Shown here one piece after another: positions 13,601 through 25,600 of a stretch of DNA of 50,526 bases. Origin of the DNA: Chthoniobacteraceae bacterium (lineage in GTDB: Bacteria > Verrucomicrobiota > Verrucomicrobiia > Chthoniobacterales > Chthoniobacteraceae); NCBI GenBank assembly GCA_040081625.1, contig JBEBGD010000033.1, positions 1-50,526 of the forward strand. Reading direction: 5' to 3'. Every line of letters starts with the position of its first letter. Within the stretch, counting starts at the first letter, position 1. A program made the translations under genes and the position numbers. Below the pieces are notes generated by a model. That model made no database searches. It was not told the origin of the DNA and worked only from the letters and a program-made list of their open reading frames with translations.

Positions 13601-16600
13601 AGCACGGACTTTGAGGTGAAGTGGACCGCGCTCGACGACGAAGGCGGCGCGGGCGTGAAACACGTGACCGTCTTCGTGGCGGAAGACGGCGGCACGTTCA
13701 CGATCTGGCAGAAGCAGACGACCGCGACCTCCGGCGTTTACAACGGTCGCGCGGGACACACTTACGAATTCCTCGCGCTCGCGACGGACAACGCGGGCAA
13801 TCGCGAGCAGCCGCGCTTCGGCATCGCCGTGCCGAACGACGGTTCGTCCGTGAATCTCGGCACGCTGCCCGACGCGGGCACCGGCGTGCAGCCCGGCCAG
13901 ACGCCGCCCGCGCCGAGCACGAACCCGAGCACGAACCCGATCTTCACGCAGGCGCAGAGCGCCGTGCCCGCCACGCAATCCGCCGGCGACGAGACGGCGT
14001 TCAGCTCCGTGCTGCAACCGTTCATCGGCCAGGCGTTCGCGACTGGCTTTGCGCAAAGTCACGCGGACATCGGCCCGATGGCCATCGCGCTGCGGCCCGA
14101 CGGCACCGTGCTCATCAGCGGCGGCACGGCGCGCAATCAACTCTTCGCCTTCGGCCCGCAAGGTGGCTCGGCCACCACGCCGCTCGCGACGCTGCCGTAT
14201 CCGATCTTCGACCTCGCCTTCGACAGCGCAGGCCAGCTCTGGGCCGCGACTGGCGGCGGGCCGCTGCTCCAACTCAACCCGAGCACCGGCGCGGTGCTCG
14301 GCGAATACGGCGACGGTCTCACGCAATCACTCGCGATCGAATCGGCCACGGGCCGCATCTACGTGTCGTCCGGCACGGGCGTCGAAGTCTTCGATCCGAC
14401 GACGCAGACGTTCTCGCACTTCAGCGACGTGCGCGTGGGCAACCTCGCGTTCGAGCCCGGCACCGGGAAGCTGTGGGCCGCGGCGTGGCCGGCGCGCGGC
14501 GACGTGGTGCGCTTCGACAACAAGGGCAAGTCCGAGGTGATGCTGCGCTACACGCAGCCGGTGGATTCGATTTCGTTCGGCCCCGCGGGCAGCGCGCTCA
14601 GTGGGTTGCTCTTCGTGTCGGAAAACAGCGGCGATCTCTCGATGGTCGATCTCGTCACGCTCCAGCGCGTCGCGATCGGGACCGGCGGCACGCGCAGCGA
14701 TGTCGTGCGCGCGACGGCGGACGGCCGCGTCTTCCTCAGCCAGAGCACGCAGGTCGATCAACTCGCGTTGCTCGTCGCGCCGAGCGTCATCTCGACGAAT
14801 CCCGCGCCCGACAGCCAGGTCGTGCTCCCGCGCGGCAGCATTACGGTCACGTTCGACCAGGCGATGCGCGCCGACAGCGACGGCACCTCGGTGCTCAACC
14901 CGCTCAACTACTCGCTGCGCGGCGCGAACGGTCTCGTGCCCGTGCGCAGCGTCAGCTACGACGCGACCACTCACGCGGTCACGGTCAGCTTCGACTCGCT
15001 CGCACAAGACGCTTACACGCTCACCGTTTCGTCGCTCGTGCAGAGCGCCGCCGGCCTGCCGCTCGGCGATGCGCACGTCGTTCGTTTCAGCGCGGTGAAT
15101 TACTTCACGCCGACGGTGAACATCGCGTTCAGCAACGCGCGCTCCGATCGCACCGCGGGCACCGTTTCCTACGATGTCGTCATCACGAACACCGGCGACT
15201 ACGACCTGCCCGCGCCGCTCACCTTCGCGCTCGCGCCGAAGGCCGGCACGACGGGCTTCCCGCTCGGCGCGACGTTCGCGGACGGCGTGTATCTGCTCGA
15301 TCTCACCGACCTGCTCGGCGACGGCGTGCTCTCGCCGAACGAGGCGCTCGCGAAGTTCACGCTCACGCTGCGCAGTCTCGACGGCGGGCCGTTGGAGTTC
15401 AGCTACGCGGTGCGCTCGACGGGCGACAACGCGCTGCCGACGATCATCTCGACCGCGGTGACGAGCGCGACGGTCGGCCTGGCTTACGCCTACGACGTGA
15501 ACGCGACCGATCCCGACGGCATCGCGCTCGCGTATCTGCTGAATCGCGCGCCCGCGGGCATGACGATCAACGCGCAGACCGGCGTGATCGCGTGGACGCC
15601 GACAGCGGGGAGCCCGGCGCAAGCTGCGGTGACGGTGCTCGTCTCCGACAGCCGCGGCGGGATCGCGTTGCAGGACTTCACGATCACCGTCGCTGGTGCG
15701 AACCGCGCGCCGGTGCTCGACACGCTTCCCGCGACGATCAGCGGCCGCGAAGGCCAGATGCTCGAGATTGCGATCGGCGCGACCGATGCGGACAACGACG
15801 CGCTTACGTTCTGGGCCGATCATCTGCCGAGCGGCGCGGTCTTCGATCCGCAGACGCGGACGCTGCGCTGGACGCCCGGCGCGAACTCGGCGGGCACATA
15901 CTCCGACGTGCGCTTCATCGTCAGCGACGGCACGACCGAAGTCGTCCGCAGCACGACGCTGCTCATCGGCGCGACGAATCAGGCGCCCACGCTCACCGCT
16001 CCCGCGCAACGCACGATTCGCGAAGGCGACACGCTGCGCTTCTTCCTCAACGCCGCCGATCCCGAAGGCAGCGCGCTCACCTTCTCCAGCCAACTCCTCC
16101 CGCTCGGCGCGACGCTCGATCCAGCGACGGGCATGTTCCAGTGGACGCCCGGCTTCACGCAGGCGGGCAGCTACGCGATTCCGTTCAGCGTCAGCGACGG
16201 CGCGACTGCGACGACCGGCGTCGCGAGCATCACGGTGCTCAACGACAACGCCGCGCCGGTCTTCGAGGGATTGGACGCGTTCCAAGTCGTCGAGGGGCAG
16301 CGCGTGCGCTTCCGGGTCTTCGCGTTCGATCCCGATAATCCGACGCTCGGACCGATCGACCGGAATCAGGACAATTCACTCGCGCTCGACGAAGGGGTCG
16401 TCCGCACGGTCAGCTACACGGTCAGCGGCTTGCCTGTGGGCGCGACGTTCGATGCGGACACGGGCTTCTTCGACTGGACGCCGGGCTTCGCTTCCGCCGG
16501 GCTCTTCAACGTCACCTTCACCGCGACCGACACCGCCGACGGCACGGGCGTGAACGCGTCGTCGTCCGTCACCGTGGCGGTTCGCGTGCTGAATCAGAAT

Positions 16601-19600
16601 CGCGCGCCGGTGCTGACCGACATCACGAACCGCACGCTCCAGCGCGGCGATGTGCTCGACATTCCGATCACGGCGACGGATGCGGATGGGAATCCGCTCA
16701 CGCTCACCGCGACGAGCGGGCTGCCGTTCTTCGCGCTGCCGGGCTTTGTCGCGTTCACGGATAATGGCAACGGCACCGGCGTGCTGCACGTCACGCCGGG
16801 GGCGGGGGATCGTGGGAATTACACGATCACCGTGAAGGCTGCGGACAATGGCGACGGCGGTGGTGCAGGTGCGGCGCTGACGGACGAGACGACCTTCGTG
16901 CTGACCGTGGAGTCTGCGAACGAAGCTCCGGTGTTCGATTACGTCGGCAATCTCATCGCGGTGCCGGGCGAGTTGCTGAGCATCACGCTGCGCGCGACCG
17001 ATCTCGATCAACCCGAGGCGTTGAGCTTCGGCGCGACCGGGCTGCCGCCGGGCGCGACGCTAACGCCGGGCGCGCAGTATGGCACCGCTGTGCTCGCGTG
17101 GACGCCGACTGCGGGGCAATTCGGAACGTTCAACGTGACCGTGACCGTGACCGACACGGGCAACGGCGTGCCCGCGAACGTGCAGAGCAGCCAGCGCAGC
17201 TTCACGATCACCTCGCGCGCATCGAACGCCGCGCCGGTGCTCAACCCGATCGCGAACCAAACGCTCGCGGAGAATCAAAACTACTCGCTCACGCTCGGCG
17301 CGAGCGATCCCGATGGCGACGCGCTTACTTTCTCCGCCACGGGTCTGCCACAAGGCGCGGTGCTGAATCCGCAGACCGGCGTGCTCTCGTGGACGCCGAA
17401 CATTTTCCAAGCGGGCATCTACGAAGGCATCAGCGTCACTGCGACCGATGGCAACAAGTCGGCGACGCGCATCTTCTCGATGGTGGTGACGAATGTTAAT
17501 CAGCAGCCGAGGCTCGTGCCGCTGCCGTTGCAATCAGGCCGCGAGGGCGCGGCGCTGCAATTCACGCTCACGGGCGCGGACGTGGACGGCGACGCTTACA
17601 CGTTCAGCGTCATCTCGGGCCTGCCCGCGGGCGCGACGCTCAACCCGACGAGCGGCCTTGTGCAGTGGACGCCGGGCTTCGAGCAGGCGGGCGCATACAC
17701 GATTCGATTCGGCATTCGCGACGCGCAGGGTCTCGTCGATCAGCGCGACGTGGCGGTGACGATCGACAACATCAATCGCACGCCGACGCTCAGCGTGTCG
17801 GATCACCAGGGGAAGCTCGGCCAGCGCTTGAGCTTCACGCTCGCCGGTGCCGATGCGGATGCGAATACGACGCTCTCGTATTTCGCGAGCGGTCTGCCGG
17901 AAGGCGCGAGCCTCGATCCGGCGACGGGCGAGTTTGTGTGGATGCCGGGGGCCGGTCAGGCGGGCGAATACGTGGTGCTCTTCGGCGTCTCCGACGGCGA
18001 GGCGACGACTTCGCAGGTCGCGCTTATCAAGGCGTCGGTGAATCCGGCGGCGCCGAACGTGGTGATCGAGTTGACGCCAAGCTTCCCCGCGATCGCTGGG
18101 CAGCGTGTGGTCGTTCACGCGACGGCAGCGGGCGTGGCGGTCATCACTAGCTTGAGCCTCTCGGTCGATGGCCAGGCGCTCACGCTCGACGCGCAGGGCC
18201 GCGGGCAGTTTACGCCTGCCGCTCCGGGCCGCTTCACGATCGTCGCGGCTGCAACGGATGCCGACGGGCTTACGGGCGCCGCGACGACGACGCTCAAGGT
18301 CCGCGACACCTCGGACACGCAGGCGCCGCTCGTGTCGTTCGACTCGCTCACGAATGGCGCGCTGCTCACGAGCACCGCAAACGTGCTCGGGACGATCAGC
18401 GACACGAATCTCGACTCGTGGAAGCTCGACATCGCGCGTTTCAATTCCACGGAGTTCACCACGCTCGCGAGCGGCGACGCGGCGACCAGTGGCGCGCTCA
18501 CGTCGCTGAATCCGCAGGCGCTCGAAAACGGCTTCTACGTGCTGCGACTCACTGCGACCGACATCAGCGGACGCACCAGCGTCGCGACGGTGCCGGTCGA
18601 GGTGAACACCGCGACGAAGGCGCCGAATTACACGCGCAGCGAGACCGATCTCAGCGTGAGCCTCGGCGGCGTGACGCTGAATGTCGTGCGCGCTTACAGC
18701 TCGGTCAGCAGCGGCATGGCGGGATCGTTCGGTCCCGGCTGGCGCTTCCTCGGACGCGACACGCTGATCGAGGCGAACGTCGCCAATCGCGAAGCGTTCC
18801 GCATCGGCACGCGGCTCTATCTCACGCTGCCCACAGGCGAGCGCGTCGGTTTCACCTTCGCACCGCAGCAGCACACGCTCGTCGGCGCGGCGGAATACTT
18901 CACGCCGGCGTGGGTCGCGGATGCGGGTGTGAATTGGACGCTCAACTCGGCGGACGCGCAGCTCGCGCTCGCGGGCGACCGGCTCTTCGACCTGCGCAGT
19001 GCGGAAGCGTATCACCCGGGCGCGTTCACGCTCACCGCGGCGAACGGCACAGTGTATCAGCTCAGCACGGCGCGTGGCGTCGAGCGGCAGATCACTCCCG
19101 GCGGCGCGCAACTGCTCTACACCGATGCGGGCATCGTGAATCTCGCGACGCGCGACGCGATCGTGTTTGGGCGCGATGCGGCGGGGCGGCTCGCATCGAT
19201 CTCTGGGACGGATGGGACGACTGTGGCTTATGGATATGACGCGACGGGAAACCTCATTGCCGCGCGCGATCTCACGACGGGGGCGACGAGCCGTTACGCT
19301 TACGACGGCACAAACCGCCTGACGCTGGCCACCGGCGTCTCCGGCGAGGCGATCAGCTACGGCGCGCAACTCGCGCTCATCAAGCCGTTGACCGATCTCG
19401 GCACGACGCTCGAATTCTCGGGCCGGACGACCTCCGCGGCGTTCCCGCAGACGTTCGCGTTTTCGATTCGCGAATCCGAACTCAACTCGACTGCGCAGCG
19501 CGGCACCGTGCTGCTCGCGGTGCGCGTGACGGGCGAGGCGACGCCGTCGATCGAAGGACTCACGCCGCTGCTCTCGCGCTCGGATGCGGGCGGCAGCTAC

Positions 19601-22600
19601 GCGTTGTTCGCCGTCGATCGGACGGGGCTGCAACGGCTCACGCTCACCGGCAGCGGAAGTTACAGCTTCAGCCTCGGCGTCGTCGGCGACGTGAACGCGG
19701 ACGGCAATGTGGATGGCCTCGATGCGGGGCTGCTCGATGACGCCATGGGTTTTGGACTGGGCAGCGCACGCTACTCGGTGGGCGCGGATGCGGATGGCGA
19801 CGGCGAGATCGCGCCGGCCGACGCGCAACTGCTCGCGGCAAACTTTGGCTTTGCGACGAACACAGCGCCCGAGGCGGTGGCGGGTATGATTGCGACGCAT
19901 CGCGATCTGCCGGTCACGATCGATCTCAGCGCGCTCGTCAGCGACGCGGAGGGCGATGCGATTTTCCACCGCATCACCGGCGTGACGAATGGCACGGTGA
20001 CGATGAGTGGCGACGGGAAGTCGGTCATCTTCACGCCGCTCGCGGGATTCGGTGGCACGGCTTCGTTCCAGCTCGCGGCGGACGATGGGTTCAGCGCTTC
20101 GGCGCCGGTGCCGGTGCTGGTGCAAGTGAGCGCTGCGCCGCTGCTCGACGTGGATTTCGACGTGCGCGCGCCGCTGCTCGTCGCGGGTGGTTCGGGGCAA
20201 GTGGCGATGCATGGCAGTTTCGCGGATGAGAGCGGACTCGCGCTGCCGGCGTCGTATTTCACGTTCACTTCGACCGATCCGTTGGTGGTGCAGGTGTCGC
20301 CATCCGGCCGCATCACGGCGTTGCGCGATGGCGTGGCGACGATCCTCGCTTCGCACAATGGCGTGCAGGCGGCGACAGTCGTGCGCGTCGGCGCGCCGGC
20401 GGATGCAGCGGCGCAACGGCTCGCGGCGATCGGTCTTCGTGTGACGCCGGGCACGCTCATGCTCGGGACTGGCGGGATGCAGCAGATTTCCGTGCGCCTG
20501 CCTGACAACAGCGACGGCACTTCTTCCGCGGGCGGCACGCGCTACTACGTGACGAATCCGGCGGTGGCGACGGTTAGCGCGGACGGCTTGATCACGGCGG
20601 TCGGCGCGGGCACGACGAAGGTCGCGGTGATCTTCGGCATCGCCGAGACGGTGCTCACGCTCGATGTGCGCGAGGCGGCGGCGATTGGAACGGTGATCGG
20701 ACGCGATGGCGGGGTGGTGGCGAGTCCCGAAGGGTATCGTCTCTCGGTGCCGAAGAACTCGGTGCTGACGGATCGCGCGGTGTCGATCACGCCGCTCGAC
20801 GAAGCAACCACGACGCTGCCGGTGCTCGCGCCGTTTGTGTTTGGCGCGGCGTTCGATGTCGATATCGGAGCGGGCACTGCGTTCCAGCGTTTGGGATTCG
20901 AGGTGCCGGTCGCGGCGGGAATCCCGGCGGGCGGGCAGGTCGTCTTCATGCGCTACGGGCAGGTGCCGGACGCGGCGGGGGTGATGCAGCACGCGTGGAT
21001 ACAGGTCGATTTCGGCGTGGTCGGCGCGGACGGCATCGCGCGCATCGCGACCTCGCAACCGACGACGGGTGCGCTGCAATCGGGCGAATACGCAATCGCT
21101 TACGCGCCGCCGACGAACATCGGAGCCGTCGTGCAGAACATCAATCTGCAGAACGATCTGTCGGCGTATGCTGGCACGTTCAGCGGCAGCGTCACCATCC
21201 CGGTGCCGGCTCCGTCGCCGCGCGAAGTTGCTGCGACTTTGCCCGAGGGCGCGCCGGTGGCCACGCGTCGCATTCAGGATCTCACGACGATCAAGATGGT
21301 CGCGTTCGCGGCGCTCGACTTGTTCTCGTTCCAGCCGGGCGGCCTTTCAGCTGGCGGCTTCGGTCTTTCGGAACTCGGTCAGTTGATCCCGACGGCGATC
21401 GACCAGGGGCTCAAGCTCAAGGCCGGCGAGATCGATGACACGACGGCAGCCTCCTACTACGGCTTGAATCACCCCGCGGCCTACGTCGCCGAGAACACGA
21501 TCGGGACGGCGTTCGTCGGGAACAATCACGCGCAGCTTCTCGCCTACATCACGCTCGCGCCGATGATCATGCTGATCCCCGATTTCATCGTGGATTACAC
21601 GACGTCGCAGCTCCCGGCGATGTCGGTCACGGGATTGCCGATCGTGACTAATTCGCAGGTGCAGGTGAATCCGGGCGGAGTCGCGAGCTTCACGACGCCG
21701 ATTAACAACGTCGGCCTGCCGCCGGGGATCGATCCGAGCGCGCCGGTGGTCACGCAGCTTAGCGTGGGCTTTGTCGATTTCGGCGGCACGCAAAAGCCGG
21801 CGGTAACTTTGACCGCGAGCAATCTGATCGGCGCGTTTGGCGGTTCGCTAGCGGACATCACGGTTTATTTCAACGACGTGACAGCCGGTCGCGTGGCGGT
21901 GAAGGGAGCCGATCTTCAGCTCGGACCTGGCGGCAATTCGCTGATCGTGGCCGTGCCCGACAATGTGGTGCTCGGTCTTGCGACGATTCAGATCGAGCGC
22001 CAGCAGCTCACCAGCCTTGGCGGATTCCGATTCAACGAATCGGTGGTCAATGCGCCGGTCGCGGTGCAGGCGCAGGGTGCTTACGTCTTCGGCGCGCTCG
22101 CGTTGGGGAACGTGCAGGGAAATACCCGGCAGCAGGTCGCGGTGTTCGATGCGTCGGGCGCGCTCGTGGCGCGACTGCCGATCGCGGACACGAATCCCGG
22201 CGACGGCATCACTCCGTCGGCGCGCTCGACCGCGGTGACGCGCGACGGGACGCGCGTGTATGTGGCGCTGCAAAACGTCGGCGAGATCGCGATGCTCGAC
22301 GCGCTCGCTTTGCGCGAAGCGGATGTGCATCCCGAGACGGCGACGAATGCGGATCGGCACATCAAATTGCCCGACGGCGCGAAGCCGTTCTGGATGGTCG
22401 CCGATCGCACGGACTCGTATCTCTTCGTCACCGACGAATTCGCGCAGAATGGCCACGGCTCGATCTACGTCATCGACATCAATCCGGCGTCGGCGACCTA
22501 CAACACGGTCCTGCGCACGATCGACGTGAAGTCGCAGGGCTCCGCGCCGCTCATCGGCTTGCGCGGTGCGGATGTGACGCTCGACGGCGGGCGGCTCTAC

Positions 22601-25600
22601 GTCGCTGCGCCGGCGCAGACGGTCTTCAATCGCGGCGGCGAAGCGGGGGGGGCGAATGGCTCGATCGTGGTCATCGATCTCGACGCGACGAACGGCGCCG
22701 CGTCGTTCAATCAGATCACGTCCTTCGATATCGAGATCGATTCCGTGCGTTCGACGGGGACGCATCTGCCCGAATACGAAGGCAAGGAGCCCTACGGCAT
22801 CACCGCGACGGCGCAGGGCATCATGGTCACGGATCGGCGCAACGATTTCACCGGCCTCGCGCTGCTCACCGAGAGCTACCGGCCGGCGGCGACGGGTGTC
22901 TTCCGCAAGCTGGAGATCGACATTCGCTACGTGCAGATGGTGCTCGGAAGCGGCATCGATTACTTCGATGTGAACAACGCGGTGAGCGTCGCGGTGACGA
23001 GCGATTTGAAGTGGGCTTTCGTCACGGGTTACAACCGCTACATCCAGGGCCAGCCGTCGCACGACTTCCTCGAACATCCGGGCAATTTCGTCGGCGGGAA
23101 CATCGGCATCATCCGCAATCCGTTCGATCTTCCGGGCTTCGGCACGTCGGAACTCGTCGCGGCGACGGAGGAAATCGAAGCGAGCTTCCCGGACAATCTC
23201 GTGCTTTCACCCGATGGCGCGAATCTGATCGCGGCGTATCGCTCGCTGCGCCGCGTGTTCGTGTATGACGCGCAGGGTTTGATCGACGCGGCGACGATGG
23301 TGGCGGCGAACGCGCTCAAGACGGCGCCGGTCGATGCGTTCTCCGCGACGGTGAACACAGCGCCGACGATCATCGTGACGGGCGGCGCGCCGCAGGGTCT
23401 GTCGTCGCAAGTGGTGACGCAGAGCGCGGCGCTGCCGGACTTCCGGGTCGTCGCGTTCGATCCGGTGCCGGTGGAGCCGGGAGCGCAGACGCTGGTGAGC
23501 TACACGATGGCGATCGATCACGCCGACCGCTTGCCGAAGGGCGCGCGATGGACCGAGCAGATTTGGATTACCGACGATGGACTCGTGGACGGCAGCGGCT
23601 TCGAGCAACTCATCGGCTTCGACACGTTCACGACGGCGGGCGAGCACCAGATCACGGTGACGCTGCCGGACGGCGACTTCCTGCTCGAGCAGGGCAACCC
23701 GGACAACCTCAAGCTGGTGCTGCGCGTGAACGCGAATCCGCTGGAGGTGCGCGAACTCAACACGGCGAATAGCAGCGTGGGAGTGGTGGCGAGATTCGCG
23801 GCGCCGGATTTGGAAGTGGGCGAATTGAAAGCGCCGATCCCGACGTTCGGTCAGCCGCTCGGCGAGCTCACCTACACGGTGCAGAACAACGGGCTGCGAG
23901 CGGTTAGCGCTGGGCGGTCGTGGACCGAGCAGCTTTGGATCGGAACGGATGAGCGCGTGTGGCAGGGCAACAACATTGGCGCGGGCCAGTGGTATCACCA
24001 GATCGCCGTGCGCACGGTGCAGGATGCGTTGCAGCCGGACGGGGAAGTGACGCGCACATTCGATATCGACCTCACGGCCATCACGCTGCCGGGCGGCATC
24101 GCGCTCCAGGATCTCAAGTGGGTCGTGTTGCTCGACTGGGCCGCGGGCACGACGGATGTGACTTCGGTGCCGGGGCGGATCGTCGAGCCGCACGAGCTGA
24201 GTAGCGGTGCGACGCCGAACAACGCGTTCACGAAGGAAGCGATCAGCGTCGATCTCGATCCGATCGAGATTCAACTCGCGCCGGGCGGCGGCCGCGATGC
24301 GAATGGTAAGTTCAAGTTCATCGCCGCGGACACGAGCTTCCGCTCGGCACTGACGGCGGAAGACATCTTCATCGGCGTGAAGCCGGCGAAGGGCGAGGCG
24401 TTCGCGCCGGTCGTGAAAATCTTCGGCACGCTCAGCTACACGCCGACGAAGATCACCGGGAGTGGCACCGTGTATGCGCTTGTCGGTTCGGACGAAGTGC
24501 GGCTGTTCGACGGCAACTTCGAGATCTCCGTCGGCGCGGGCGCGAGCAATGTGCTCAACGTCACGTCGGGCGACCCGTTCAACTTCTCCGGCGCGGCGGT
24601 GACGGTGCGGCAGATCACGTTCGTAGATCCGACCGGCGGCTCGGCGACCGATGCGCGCGTCGAGATTCGCGGGCAGATGCAGCTTCCCGCGTCGATCAGC
24701 GGCACGGCGATCACGCTCGACGTGACGGGGGAGAACTACATCGGCATCTCAAATGCGGGCTACGTCTTCACCGGCGGCACCGTGGCAAAGGGCACAGCAT
24801 TCGACTTCAACGGGCTGCAGCTCGTCGCGACGGAGAGCTCGCAGTTCGACTTCGAGGACGTGCCGCCGACGCAGGCGCAGCCAGCTCCGCGCGAGGGGCT
24901 CGCGCTGGCGCCGTCGTTCGGCAACAAGGCGCTGCTGCTCGGCGGGCTGTTCAATCTGCCGCAATTCGGACCGGACGCGCAGGCGCAGCTAATCAAGGGC
25001 GTCAATGAACTCAAGGTCGCGACGGATGCTGCGGGCGCGGCGATCACGGAGTTCCGCGACAAGGGAACGATCCAGCTTGACACCGTGGACATTCTTCCGG
25101 GCGTGCTTTCGCTCTCGAAGATCGTGTTGGAGGTCAAACGCGATGGCAGCTCGTGGGAGGTCAATGGGACAGCGCTGCTCGGTGATTCAAATCCTGACTC
25201 GCCGACGAATCCGCACTTGAAGCTCAAGGTGTCGGTCGTCGGGACGAGCGTGACGTTCACGATCGATCCGACCGACACGAAGAAGGAAGTGCGGATAGGG
25301 GGCGCGCTGGTGAAGGTGACGGCGTTCACGTTATCCACGGGCACGGGCGGAAACTGGGATCCGAAGGTGGAGATCGATGGGTCGCTTCGGATGCCGAAGC
25401 TCTCGGGTGTCACTTCCGGGCCGGATCAACTCAGCTTTCAGGTGCAGGGTCTCGAGGTGACGAAGACCGAGCTGAAGCTCGGCACGGGAGAGCTATCGCT
25501 CGCCTCGGCGACGGTGCCGCTTTTCGGCATCACCGAGGTGGACATCACCGACGCCAAACTCAAATGGAATGGCGGGAACAAGACGTTCGAGTTCCGCGGT

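Noticed and set aside
14495..16651. RGD tripeptides in the giant protein as integrin ligands
   Set aside because: A couple of occurrences in ~10,000 aa is compatible with chance.
18629..19335. Functional RHS polymorphic toxin
   Set aside because: No RHS core or PxxxxDPxG motif, no toxin tip and no downstream immunity-like gene.
10559..21079. Long antisense ORFs (e.g. 10559-14326, 14327-16285, 17534-21079) and alternative-frame ORFs in the giant gene
   Set aside because: Arg/Ala-rich shadow frames expected from high GC3 codon bias; no recognisable motifs.
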